Shown one piece after another: positions 1 through 9,400 of a stretch of DNA of 25,615 nt. A program made the translations under genes and the position numbers. Under the pieces are notes generated by a model, which saw nothing but the letters and a program-made list of their open reading frames with translations, did not search any database and had not been told where the DNA came from. The first letter of the stretch is position 1. The number at the start of each line of letters is the position of its first letter. This DNA comes from a virus (lineage: Duplodnaviria; Caudoviricetes), in the IMG/VR virus record IMGVR_UViG_3300033417_000048, positions 1 to 25,615 of that record; one strand, 5' to 3'.

Positions 1-28
1 ATTCCAAGCTGGCAAGGACGCGAAGCAG

Positions 29-283
29 TTGGAGATGAGTGAGCTGAAACCTGTTGACTTACAAGCAGCCTTTGTAGAAGTACTGCGACTAATAGACCTT
101 GACACGTTCGGAGCAACAGCACCAGAGGTGACTAGGCAAATACGGTTGCGCATAGACAAACTGCGCGCATTCATCCCTCGCCCACTACCACCACCACAGA
201 CTAAAGAGCCTGAGCAGAGTTCATATACTTGGGGGAAGTCACCGTATGTGCTACCACCACAGGCTAACAAGGAAGGGGGATAG
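29..283 (+). CDS. Hypothetical phage protein (start uncertain, possibly truncated by the window edge)
   Basis: Frame is open from position 2. First of a tightly packed plus-strand series; its 3' end carries the RBS of the next gene. Confidence 0.55.
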   Translation: MEMSELKPVDLQAAFVEVLRLIDLDTFGATAPEVTRQIRLRIDKLRAFIPRPLPPPQTKEPEQSSYTWGKSPYVLPPQANKEGG

Positions 284-286
284 AAA

Positions 287-832
287 ATGACAGAGCATGA
301 ACGCGCACTGATGGAAGCGCACAGAATCTCAAGTCTTGATGCTCATATGGAGGCGCGGCCACAAATCGACAATGCTGACAGACGCAAAGTATTCGAGGCT
401 GGGCATGATGCTGGCTGGAAGAATTGTGCAGACCACCTTGCTACCGAGAACGCAGAGCTGAAACAGAAGCTGGCAGCTGCACGAAAGTCAATAGATGTAC
501 TTACCGCCGAGCATCTCAAAGGAGGTCAGATACTTCGCAAGAAAATCGAAGCCCTACAGCTACGAGTAGCGCGTCTGGTGGGTGCCTGCACTAAGGCTGA
601 GACTGCGTTCGTCACCCAAGTAGGAGCAGACTACAACGCCGCCATACACTCCGCGTGCATGGCTTGCCGTCAAGCGCTCTCATCCGAGTACGACCCGCAG
701 TGGCTACGGGAGAAGCAGGCTGAGGCCGTAGATGAGCTGAAACGCAGGATGGAAGCTGACGGTGCGCATATTGATGAATTGAGTACGGCGCAGGATTACG
801 CGGACGAGCTCCGCCAACAGAAGGAGGGATGA
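287..832 (+). CDS. Hypothetical coiled-coil phage protein
   Basis: 181 aa, purine-rich RBS (GGAAGGGGG) upstream, heptad-like ENAELKQKLAAARKSID segment. Confidence 0.75.
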   Translation: MTEHERALMEAHRISSLDAHMEARPQIDNADRRKVFEAGHDAGWKNCADHLATENAELKQKLAAARKSIDVLTAEHLKGGQILRKKIEALQLRVARLVGACTKAETAFVTQVGADYNAAIHSACMACRQALSSEYDPQWLREKQAEAVDELKRRMEADGAHIDELSTAQDYADELRQQKEG

Positions 833-835
833 GAG

Positions 836-1024
836 ATGATAACCGCCGTATCAATAGTAGCCGTTGGCGCGTCTACAGTGGCGCTGGTAGCAACAAGCAT
901 GGAGGAGGACTTTCATGTGGCAGCGGAGGACTACACTAACGCACATAAATGTGCAGGCCGTATGCGCCTACAGGCGGCGTGCTTCTGGGGCAGTTGCATC
1001 GTGCTTCTGGTATCGCTACTGTGA
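836..1024 (+). CDS. Small hypothetical membrane protein
   Basis: 62 aa, RBS GGAGG upstream, hydrophobic N- and C-terminal segments. Confidence 0.55.
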   Translation: MITAVSIVAVGASTVALVATSMEEDFHVAAEDYTNAHKCAGRMRLQAACFWGSCIVLLVSLL

Positions 1025-1125
1025 GCGACTTCGACCGCTACTGGATACTGGCCTGCTGCATCGCAGGGCTGCTATGGGCGGCGTGGTATCTTTGGAAGAT
1101 GACTGCGCCAGATGATGACATCTAG
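1021..1125 (+). CDS. 34-aa single-TM micro-protein (not in ORF track)
   Basis: GTG start overlaps the previous TGA (GTGA); MSDFDRYWILACCIAGLLWAAWYLWKMTAPDDDI. Confidence 0.5.
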   Translation: MSDFDRYWILACCIAGLLWAAWYLWKMTAPDDDI

Positions 1126-1157
1126 CCCCACACCAAAAGCACACCCTATCTCGCTTC

Positions 1158-1183
1158 TGCCACACTCCGCACTTGTGGCATTT
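1158..1183. terminator. Hairpin between convergent transcription units
   Basis: TGCCACA-9 nt-TGTGGCA followed by TTT; the U-tract is short. Confidence 0.3.
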
Positions 1184-1191
1184 GACGTACA

Positions 1192-1575
1192 TTATTCAAG
1201 CATCGTGTTGAGCCGGATAGCGTCGATGTTCAGTCGGTCACATCGCTCGAAAAGTTCGCCAGCCCGCGCTTGAAGCTTTCCAAACTCTTCATCCACTCGG
1301 TTTGAAAGTAGCCCGGCTGCTCCGTCTGAATCTTTGGCGGGACAGGTTGGGATGTGGACGCGCAGCTTGTCAGCAGTACGCTTGAGATCAGCAATAGTTT
1401 GACGGTCTTTGTCATGTTGTTCGACTCCTTCAGATATGCGGGATGCGTAGGCAAGCAGTGAGTTACGTTCGGCCTCAACGTGGTCGGCTTCGTTATCAGA
1501 CGCGCCTTTGAAATACGCCGACGCGGTAAGCACGGCGCACAGAGCGAGAGCGGCGAGGATGGCGTAGGGGTTCAT
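1192..1575 (-). CDS. Rz: Inner-membrane spanin (Rz-like)
   Basis: N-terminal TM helix, coiled-coil, LRVHIPTCP motif, last gene of the lysis cassette, contains an embedded lipoprotein gene. Confidence 0.85.
   Translation of the reverse strand: MNPYAILAALALCAVLTASAYFKGASDNEADHVEAERNSLLAYASRISEGVEQHDKDRQTIADLKRTADKLRVHIPTCPAKDSDGAAGLLSNRVDEEFGKLQARAGELFERCDRLNIDAIRLNTMLE
1230..1415 (-). CDS. Rz1: Outer-membrane lipoprotein spanin (Rz1-like), fully embedded in Rz
   Basis: Start reassigned to ATG 1415 (AAGGAG RBS); signal peptide MTKTVKLLLISSVLLTSC with lipobox LTSC, followed by a Pro-rich segment; 61 aa. Confidence 0.85.
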   Translation of the reverse strand: MTKTVKLLLISSVLLTSCASTSQPVPPKIQTEQPGYFQTEWMKSLESFKRGLANFSSDVTD

Positions 1576-1787
1576 TCTTTCTTGCTCCCAAATTTCAGCG
1601 ACAACAGCTTACTAGCCGTTGCAGAAGCGCCAACGATACCAAGGTACACGAACCATATGTCCGAGGTTGCAGTGCCTTTGTAGACAGCGTACAGGAAGCC
1701 TACCGTAGCCGAGGCGTATGCCACGTTCGCCCATATCTTCGTATGCGAGAGCTGGCCTGTTCCTGAGTCTGTGATCAGGTCTTTCAT
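1572..1787 (-). CDS. Putative holin (two TM helices, DUF2644-like)
   Basis: 71 aa, two hydrophobic segments, basic C-terminus, between endolysin and spanin; TGQLSHTKIW motif recalled from DUF2644-type phage proteins. Confidence 0.65.
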   Translation of the reverse strand: MKDLITDSGTGQLSHTKIWANVAYASATVGFLYAVYKGTATSDIWFVYLGIVGASATASKLLSLKFGSKKE

Positions 1788-1794
1788 ATCGTCC

Positions 1795-2274
1795 TCACTT
1801 CACTGTAAAAGGTAGCGGCTTCTGGCCGTCCAACGCGGGCGCTAACGGCGGCCCGACATACGGAACATAGACGCGCGTTCCAGACTTCGGCGGGATGGTC
1901 TGGAAGTGACACCATCCAGGCGTATAGCGAAAATCCTCGCACCACAATCCTAAATCCGCCAACGTCTGCGTGTTGTGAACGCACCATTGTGCCAGCGTTC
2001 GATTCGGGTCAAAAATATCCACACCTCTTGCGCTACGATGAGAGGAGGAAGGGCCACCAGTGCGGCTATCAGCAGTGCGATAACCGCCATCACCTGAACC
2101 ACCTTTAGAGCCGCTGATTTGAGTATTTGTGTCGGGGTCGATCCAGTCTGCATAGCATCCGTCCTGTTTGGCTTTGTCGAGGCATAGGTTCACTTGGGCG
2201 AGCGTGATGTTCGCGTTTGCTAGATGGTCGATCGGGTGTTTCTTGTCGCCGAAGTATTGTAGGAGGGTAATCAT
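1795..2274 (-). CDS. Endolysin, peptidase M15 family Zn metallopeptidase
   Basis: GYR...SSSHRSARGVD (SxH-x6-D) and downstream WCH motif; position in the lysis cassette. Confidence 0.85.
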   Translation of the reverse strand: MITLLQYFGDKKHPIDHLANANITLAQVNLCLDKAKQDGCYADWIDPDTNTQISGSKGGSGDGGYRTADSRTGGPSSSHRSARGVDIFDPNRTLAQWCVHNTQTLADLGLWCEDFRYTPGWCHFQTIPPKSGTRVYVPYVGPPLAPALDGQKPLPFTVK

Positions 2275-2525
2275 TTGTCCACCTTCCCATCCAGCTTCGA
2301 TTCAATCCTATCGAGCTTCTTGAACAACGCATCCCCGAGCTTTTCCATCTCTTCGCGCTTGACGTAATCGCCCGCCACCAGCACCTCGATCTTCTGCACC
2401 TTTTCCGCAAGCTCAGAATCGGTCTTTTTCAATTCCTTCATAGAGTCAGCGATACCTCTGACCCATATGCCGCCGAAGAATGCGCTCAGACCGAGCAGGA
2501 TATTGATTATCATTTGCGCGTCCAC
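2271..2525 (-). CDS. Holin-like / lysis-associated protein (1 TM + coiled coil)
   Basis: Start reassigned to GTG 2525 (AAGGGGAG RBS); 84 aa; stop overlaps the endolysin start (ATGA). Confidence 0.7.
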   Translation of the reverse strand: MDAQMIINILLGLSAFFGGIWVRGIADSMKELKKTDSELAEKVQKIEVLVAGDYVKREEMEKLGDALFKKLDRIESKLDGKVDK

Positions 2526-2541
2526 AGTGTTGCTCCCCTTG

Positions 2542-2754
2542 TTACAGTTTAGAAAATTCTTTCGCCCACTCAACGTCTTTATGGTGCGCGCCTCGGCAGT
2601 GGCTCGACTGCCAGAAGAACACTGCGTTGATTATTGTTGCAAGCGCCCATCCTTCACGGTAGCTACGGCCCGAGATAGATTCGTTCGAGTGGCCGCCGAT
2701 CAGCGCATTGCATAGCTGCGAGAAGGCGGCGAAGATGTGGGCGAGGTGGCTCAT
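2542..2754 (-). CDS. Conserved phage hypothetical protein
   Basis: 70 aa; SQLxNALxGGxxxESISxR...INxxFFWQxxHC pattern recalled from small proteins near tail fibre/lysis genes. Confidence 0.7.
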   Translation of the reverse strand: MSHLAHIFAAFSQLCNALIGGHSNESISGRSYREGWALATIINAVFFWQSSHCRGAHHKDVEWAKEFSKL

Positions 2755-2855
2755 TAATAGCCTTCTAGGTCTTTATCCATGCTGCTGAACGTCCACCAGA
2801 TAGCATATGCCACAGCCACACATGCCAGCCAGAGCGTGATGAGCAGCGCGGTCAT
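2754..2855 (-). CDS. 33-aa single-TM micro-protein (not in ORF track)
   Basis: MTALLITLWLACVAVAYAIWWTFSSMDKDLEGY; coupled at both ends (ATGA at start, TAATG at end) and exactly fills the gap. Confidence 0.65.
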   Translation of the reverse strand: MTALLITLWLACVAVAYAIWWTFSSMDKDLEGY

Positions 2856-3277
2856 TCCGTCACCTCTACCATCACAGTCTCTTCCACGAAGCGCAGCTTG
2901 CGGAACACCTTCGGCACCACCACCCCGTCCACCTCTTCCATGATGGCGAGGCCGTCAGCGCCGAATAGCGGGTACTCGTCATAAGCCTGACGCTCAACTG
3001 TCCGTGTCGCAACGGTCTGCACGGCCACGCCGTCCACAATCCCAACTGTGGTGAATTGCTCCTGCACAGTCTCCATCACCGGCACTTTGCGCACCTCTTC
3101 GACGTACTTCTTCTGGCGCGGCACATAGTCGGCAGGGATAGCGTCGCCAGTCATCTTGTTCGCCTCGCGCACATCAGCCTCGGTAAGCTCTCCGCCCACC
3201 AAGTCGGCAACTGCAAAATTGCCGTAGGTAGTGCAGATGGCGTATGCGCCTGCGTTTTCTTCAATGGCTAGTACCAT
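2852..3277 (-). CDS. Hypothetical protein downstream of tail fibre (possible fibre-associated factor)
   Basis: 141 aa, acidic and Val-rich, starts 3 nt after the fibre gene stop. Confidence 0.7.
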   Translation of the reverse strand: MVLAIEENAGAYAICTTYGNFAVADLVGGELTEADVREANKMTGDAIPADYVPRQKKYVEEVRKVPVMETVQEQFTTVGIVDGVAVQTVATRTVERQAYDEYPLFGADGLAIMEEVDGVVVPKVFRKLRFVEETVMVEVTE

Positions 3278-3280
3278 GGC

Positions 3281-4522
3281 TTATCCTTTCCTGTACCAAA
3301 TGTCTGTAGAAGCTTCGTAAATCATCTCGTAGTAACCGCTGGCGGCAAGGGTGGTCGGCGCACCGACGACAGTAGCTGTTCCGGCAGAGCCTACTGTAAG
3401 CGTGGTGATGGCGGCGCGTGAGCCACCGGACGAGATTTGACCATCCACAGGATTTGCGGGTAGGTTTATAGTGAGCGCAGCAATAGTCGACGCGCCTACC
3501 TTCTGCCAATGGCTCACGGTGTTGGTGAGGGTGACGGTAGTGCCTGTTGCTGGATTGGTAAACAGCGGCGCTACGGCGTGTGCGGCTTTCATCAGCGTGC
3601 GTTGCGACGAGTCGATACGGAGGGCTTCTGTAGGCGCTGTTCCACCAGCTGCCGTTGTGCTGAATATCAACCGACCGGGCATGTTGCTAGTGCCAGGCGT
3701 GCCGTCAACTTGCGCAGTGATGGATGCTGCGCGGATGAATGCCGTTCCGTCAGAGCCAGACCACCGCACCTCGCCAAGCGCCTCGCCGTCAGACACTACT
3801 GTGTGTGCGCCTAATGTGTCGCTGGCTGATTTAGCGAACTCAAGCTGACTATTTGCAGTTGTCGTGGAATTGAATACTGCGTTTGTTATGCCAGCAGCGC
3901 CGGATATTCCGATGTTCTGGACATTGCGTTGTATGGTTCCTGCGCCAGCAATCGGGGTTGTATGTCCGTTGATGATGCGGCCTGCCGCGTCAATCACGGT
4001 CGGCGTCGTATCACCTGCAACGTCATTGACCACCAGACAGTTACCCGTTCCGGTGTTGTTGATGGTTATGGCATCGCCGGAGGATGTGGAGACTGTGAGG
4101 TTGCTGGCGAGCGTGAGCAATGCCGACACGCTTATCGACCAGTCGTTCAGCGTGCCGCTCCCGCCGACATAGGTGACTTCAACCTCCAGCGTTGACCCCG
4201 AGTAGCTGGTCACCGTGCCGACCATGTAGTTCGTTCCGGGCGCAGCGATACTTGCCGCAATGACATATTGGCCTGCAACGAATCCCTTGCCGGATTGCGT
4301 CGTGAATGTCTTAGCGCCCGTACCTATCGTGCGGCTCGTCGTGCTCGTCGCGGTCGTCCCCAATGCCGCAGATGCGGCGATGGCGCTCATCTCTCCGACC
4401 GTCGTATTGATGGCGTCAACGGTGTCGGGCAATGCCGCAACGAACGCATCGACCGCCGCCTCGAACACGTCTTGGGACTGGGTGCGCGATGGCGCGGGTG
4501 TCGGGAGTACAGGTATCGTCAT
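3281..4522 (-). CDS. Tail fibre / receptor-binding protein
   Basis: 413 aa, Thr/Gly/Ala-rich. N-terminal LPTPAPSR...FVAALP anchor, TSTTSRTIGTGAKTF module and VDGTPGTSNMPGRLIFST...EALRIDS module typical of phage fibres. Confidence 0.8.
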   Translation of the reverse strand: MTIPVLPTPAPSRTQSQDVFEAAVDAFVAALPDTVDAINTTVGEMSAIAASAALGTTATSTTSRTIGTGAKTFTTQSGKGFVAGQYVIAASIAAPGTNYMVGTVTSYSGSTLEVEVTYVGGSGTLNDWSISVSALLTLASNLTVSTSSGDAITINNTGTGNCLVVNDVAGDTTPTVIDAAGRIINGHTTPIAGAGTIQRNVQNIGISGAAGITNAVFNSTTTANSQLEFAKSASDTLGAHTVVSDGEALGEVRWSGSDGTAFIRAASITAQVDGTPGTSNMPGRLIFSTTAAGGTAPTEALRIDSSQRTLMKAAHAVAPLFTNPATGTTVTLTNTVSHWQKVGASTIAALTINLPANPVDGQISSGGSRAAITTLTVGSAGTATVVGAPTTLAASGYYEMIYEASTDIWYRKG

Positions 4523-5679
4523 GTCAGCCCTTCGATTTCAATGCTGCATATCGAGTATGAGTCGTAGGCAACGAGTGTGGAGAAGCTGTTGTACTTCCCG
4601 TAGAAAATGGCGGAATTGTACGCGGTGGAGGCCACGTAAACAATGGGTGTCGCGCGGTACTTCGCCAGTTCGTAACCAACCCCGTCTACCGCCGAGTTGT
4701 CGAGCACGACTTGAAAATTGCCGCGCTTGGCGTAGGCGCGTTCAGTGAAGGAGATATTGCCGAAGTCGTCCGCAGACTTGACGCTGTAGTCATTGATGGA
4801 GAATGTCGCGCCGTTCATTGTTGTGCCGAACGACTTAGACAACCCGACCAGCACTGTTCCCACCTGTACCACGCCGCCCGTGTTGTTCAGTGTGATCTCG
4901 AGCTCCAAATTTAGGTACGGCGGGAAGTCGATGTCCACAAACTCCGAATCCAGGCGGATCGGCTCATAAAACCACGACCAGTAACTCGACACCGACACGC
5001 TGGCCTGCAAGGAGTAGGTGGATGGGCCGTAAACGATAGCCCCGCCGCCCGACTCCCGCGCCGTGATGATTACCTCCGTAGCCGAGACGTTGCCCAAGTA
5101 GGCCGAATCGACGCGCCCCTTCGTTTGGATGATGTAGGTCATCGTATCCGCGTCATAGGTCTGCGAAGCCGTCTGCAAGTCGAGGCACTTCCATCGGTTC
5201 GTTGCGCCCGTCTCAACCCACCATAGCGGAGAAGTGTGCGGCGTGTTGCCCGTGTTTGACGCTTGCAACGACTCGTAGACTAGGTGACTCGTCACGGTCG
5301 CCGTGTGCGTGCCAGCCCCAGCCGAGGTGGTCGGTATTGGCACGCCGCCTTTGGTGAGTGACAAGCGGAACGTGTCGGTCGCCACGCTCACCATGTAGTA
5401 ATCGGTGTCGGCGGTCAATCCGGCGGGGAGCGTGCCGGAGGTGGACACCTTGAGCAACGTACCTGCGGCAAAACCGTGTGCGGCTGCCGTGAAGGTGTAA
5501 CCCGAGGCCGTGAAGGCGAACGTCGGGCTGTCCACTTGCACAAGCGCCCCCGCCGCGTAGGTCGTGGCCGGATTGTACGCACCGGAAGCCAGCGGGTCGG
5601 TCGCGCTCACCGTGCTCGACACCAGCGACACATCGCTCACCTGGAACGGGCGGATTATTTTGAAGATGCTGGCGCTCAT
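4519..5679 (-). CDS. Minor tail (tail-tip) protein with CBM5/12-like motif
   Basis: Start reassigned to ATG 5679 (ATGA overlap); 386 aa; YNPATTYAAGALV...VYESL...P...LWW and TNRWK motifs; downstream of the tape measure gene. Confidence 0.75.
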   Translation of the reverse strand: MSASIFKIIRPFQVSDVSLVSSTVSATDPLASGAYNPATTYAAGALVQVDSPTFAFTASGYTFTAAAHGFAAGTLLKVSTSGTLPAGLTADTDYYMVSVATDTFRLSLTKGGVPIPTTSAGAGTHTATVTSHLVYESLQASNTGNTPHTSPLWWVETGATNRWKCLDLQTASQTYDADTMTYIIQTKGRVDSAYLGNVSATEVIITARESGGGAIVYGPSTYSLQASVSVSSYWSWFYEPIRLDSEFVDIDFPPYLNLELEITLNNTGGVVQVGTVLVGLSKSFGTTMNGATFSINDYSVKSADDFGNISFTERAYAKRGNFQVVLDNSAVDGVGYELAKYRATPIVYVASTAYNSAIFYGKYNSFSTLVAYDSYSICSIEIEGLT

Positions 5680-6485
5680 GCTGCGTTCTCCAAGTACCCA
5701 AACCACGACCCGACAATTGTCGCAGCCTTATCTGTGCTGAATGACAGCGCCATAGTCGCGCCTTCTTCAAACACCAGCGGGGGGTCAAATTGCAGACCCG
5801 CCGACCCGTCTTGAAATGCGGCAGCCCCCACTGGGAAGAATATGCTGTCTGCGGTGTAGTCGTGTCCGCCAAAATGGCAACTCGTGAGATACACTTTTGC
5901 CCCCGCTGCTGCTGAACCACTCACAGAGCCGCCGTACATGGATGTTACCATCGCGCGCTTCCCTGCGGGGACCATGCGCACGCTGGACGCGCACCGTACT
6001 GCGCCTGTGACGATCTGCGAATACACCTGACCTCCCGTGGACGCCGATATTGTTCCGTCCGCCGCCTTGCCTGAGCCGTAGGTGACCATGTGCAGGCACT
6101 CGATGAATCTGACGTTTGTGGCGACAGACAGAACTGGCGTTGTGCCGTTCAATGTCATCGACTCGACCCGCCGCGCCAAGTCTGTGTCAAGGTAGTGCAT
6201 ATCCAGTGTGCGAACACCCGTACCAGCGGCGGCATCGCTCGCCGACGTGCTTACCAGAGATATTTGAACGCCCGCCGCTGGCGGAAGTGCGTAGGCCCCG
6301 TCCGGCCATAGGATGTTCACCTCGGCTCCGGTTGTTGTGCGTTCGCCGTATGCGCCGAATGGTTCGGCCCCGGAGATGTCGCCCCGTGCGACGGACAGCG
6401 CGTAGTCAACGCCCACGCCGTCCAGTCGCACGTATTGTTCTCCCGTCCCGGCGAACTTGCGCAGCGATGTCCTTACGTCACTCAT
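5676..6485 (-). CDS. Putative virion structural protein
   Basis: Start reassigned to ATG 6485 (overlaps tape measure TGA); 269 aa, beta-rich, SxSASDAAAGTGVRT...LD...LNGTT motif recalled from phage hypothetical proteins. Confidence 0.7.
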   Translation of the reverse strand: MSDVRTSLRKFAGTGEQYVRLDGVGVDYALSVARGDISGAEPFGAYGERTTTGAEVNILWPDGAYALPPAAGVQISLVSTSASDAAAGTGVRTLDMHYLDTDLARRVESMTLNGTTPVLSVATNVRFIECLHMVTYGSGKAADGTISASTGGQVYSQIVTGAVRCASSVRMVPAGKRAMVTSMYGGSVSGSAAAGAKVYLTSCHFGGHDYTADSIFFPVGAAAFQDGSAGLQFDPPLVFEEGATMALSFSTDKAATIVGSWFGYLENAA

Positions 6486-9400
6486 GCTGTCTGTACCTCG
6501 GGCATACCGATGTGATCCCACTTGTCGAGGATGCGTTCCGTGCGCTGCGATGTGCCGACCAGCGCCACACGCTCCGACTGGGCCTCGGCGCGCAGTTGCG
6601 CTACTTCGCTGCGCAAGCCGGTCAACTCTGCCACCATGCTGCGCATAGAGCGGGTGCTCTCGGTACGCTCCGCACGCTCCATATCGACGTAGGGGGCGGG
6701 TTTGATCTCTTCGCCAGCGTGGACTTTCGCTACCATGTCGTGAGGGATGTAGTTCGTTCCGATAGCGAACTCCCGCATCCTAATAGCCGCTAGCGGGTAC
6801 TCTGGCGCTTGGTCGTAAGTCTTACCGTGCCACTTGCGCCCCTCGCGCCATCCGTAAGCGCGCCAGTGATCCCACGGGCGCGAGCCGTAGGTTGGGTCGT
6901 TCGCAACGTCTTTGTACATATCTAGGTACTGCTCACGCGGGTGGTCGTCTAGGTATTGCTTACGTGCCGCCGCGTCCGCTTTTTGCAGCGCGGTATCCAC
7001 CACCGTGCTGAGGTCGCCGCCCGCCGACGCAACCAACTGCGTGTACCGATCCTGCTGGTACGTCGCCGTCCCCGCAGCATTGTCGAGCGTCAGGTTCGCT
7101 TGCACGAAGTCCGCGCCCACCATGTTCTTCAATGCTGCGACGTTGGCGGCTTGCTGCGTGCTGGCGGTAAGAAGCGCCATGACCGTCTCAAGCGATTTGA
7201 TCGCGCTGACGGCAGCGTTGCCGCCCGACCCGTCAATGGTGGACTGAGCAAGCGCGTCGGTTATGGCGCGAGACTCGTCTGCCGTGGCGTTACCGTCCAA
7301 CATCGCGGCGCGCATCATTTCATTGATGGCAACTCCGGCCTCCGCCGTCATCGTCCCAAGCTCCACACTCGCGGCGATGGCGCGGTCTATGTCGTTGGCT
7401 TCGTTGTAGGTGATGATGCCGTCGGCCAATGCTGCGTTCGTGACTTCCGTAGCGATATTGCCCGACTGGATGCCGACGCTGATGGCGCGCAAATACTCGT
7501 TCGCAACCTGCAACTCGGTCAACTGCAACTCCGCGTCGGTGGCCGTGGCATCAAGCGCGTTGGCCGTGGCGTTCAGTTCGGCCTGCACCTGCCCCACGAT
7601 GCGCGCGTAGTCGAGCGCCGAACCTGCGCCCGTCTTGGCTTGGGCCAAGTAGTTCGTTGCCGCGCCTTGCAACTTGCCTTGTGCGGCAGTGTCACCTTGG
7701 GCGGCGAGTGCGCTGAGTTTCAAGAACGCCGCCTGCAAGCTGCCAGGCGTGGCGGCTGTCAAGCCCGCAGCGAACTCTCGAATGCTCGCGGCAGTAGCGC
7801 GCAGGGCGTTCTTGGCGTCCACCGCCGACTTGAACTGCGCAATCGCCACATCCTCCAGCGACTTGACGTATGCGTTCGCTGCCTCGATCTGCGCGGTCAT
7901 GCGCTGCGCCGTATCCACCAGCGTCTCGCCTTCCAGACGGAACTCTTCGAGGGCGGGGACAAGTTGTGAGCCGATGCCGTTGGCGAGGTCGTTCACATCG
8001 GCGTTAAAATACTTCATCGGGACAGTCGTATCCCCGACCGCCTTGCCGTAGGCGATGAACACTTGCCGAACGCTCTCTGCGTCGGATGCGATGCGTTTGC
8101 GCAGGGCCTCTGACATGGCGGTGTACTCTTTCCAATTCTTGTCGAATGTAAACCACCCACCCTTTTTCTGCCAATCCTGCTCTAGCCGTGCGTCAACGCC
8201 GCTAGATGACACCGATCCTGACAAACGCTGCGCGCCAACTTTTTCTGCGGAGTTGCCCATGCCGAAGCCGTATTTGGCGATAAGTAGCGCCGCCGCCAAA
8301 TACGGCACTGCTGCCGCCGCACTGAAACCTATGGCGGAAGCGTAGCTCCCCGTGCTCAACGCCGCGCCAGCATATGACGCACTCGCGCCCGTGCCGGCAC
8401 TCAGGCCGACCGATAGCGCCGAACCTGCTACGCCGAGTGAGCCGCCCATTGCCGCGCCACCCATGCCCTCCGCCATCGCGCCGCCTGCGCCACCCATGCC
8501 GCCCGCCATCGCGCCGCCTGCGCCACCCATGCTGACCGTCCCGCTCAAATTGACGACCCACTTCTTCATGGTCATCTGGTACAACCAGTCGAAGAAGATA
8601 TTTTTGAAGGTGTCGCGCAGGCGTGTCGCCGCGTCTTTGCCGCCGTCAAGGATTGATACGAATGTGTCGTGTGCGGTCTTGTCGATGGAGTCCCAGAAGT
8701 CTTGGTGTTCTTTTTGGCGTTTGGCGATGTCCTCGGCCTCGTAGTCGCGCTTGCGGTCGTCGCTACGCTTCTTCAATTCCTCGCCTTCCTTCAAATACTT
8801 CTCGATTTTCTTCAACTCTTCAACGTGACGCGCTTCCGCCGCAGCTTGCTCTTGCTGGATGACATTGCCCCCGAGCCGCGCCGACTCATACTGCGCGATG
8901 GCCTCGGCGGTCATACCGTAGGTGTCGGCCTCTTCGCGCAGTTTTACGATGTGGTCGTCGATAGCTTTGTTCTTCTTGTCGATGGCTTTGGTGCTGCCCA
9001 AGTACAACTCATGGACTTTCTTCTCGAACTCGCCCTCGGTCAGCTTTAGCTTGTTCTTCTGATCCAACAAGTCGTTGTATCGTTCCAATATCACCATCTG
9101 GTCATGCGTAAACCCGCTCGGCACGTCCGCAACAACCTGCTTCGCATTGGCGAGTTCAACCATCTTGGCTATCTGCTTGTCATACTCGCGCATCCTGTCT
9201 TGCGAGGCGCGTATCTCGGCCTCGTTGAACTTGGACAATACGCTGTTGCGCAAGCCGATCTGATGGATGAGTTCCTTCTGCCGGGCAAGTTGCGCTTCTT
9301 GTAGCGTCATCTCTTTGAGTTGGTTGCTCAGTTTGTCAGCACCGTCGGCCACCTGCTGCATCCCGTTCAGGAAGTCGTAAACCGACCATGCGCCGAACAG

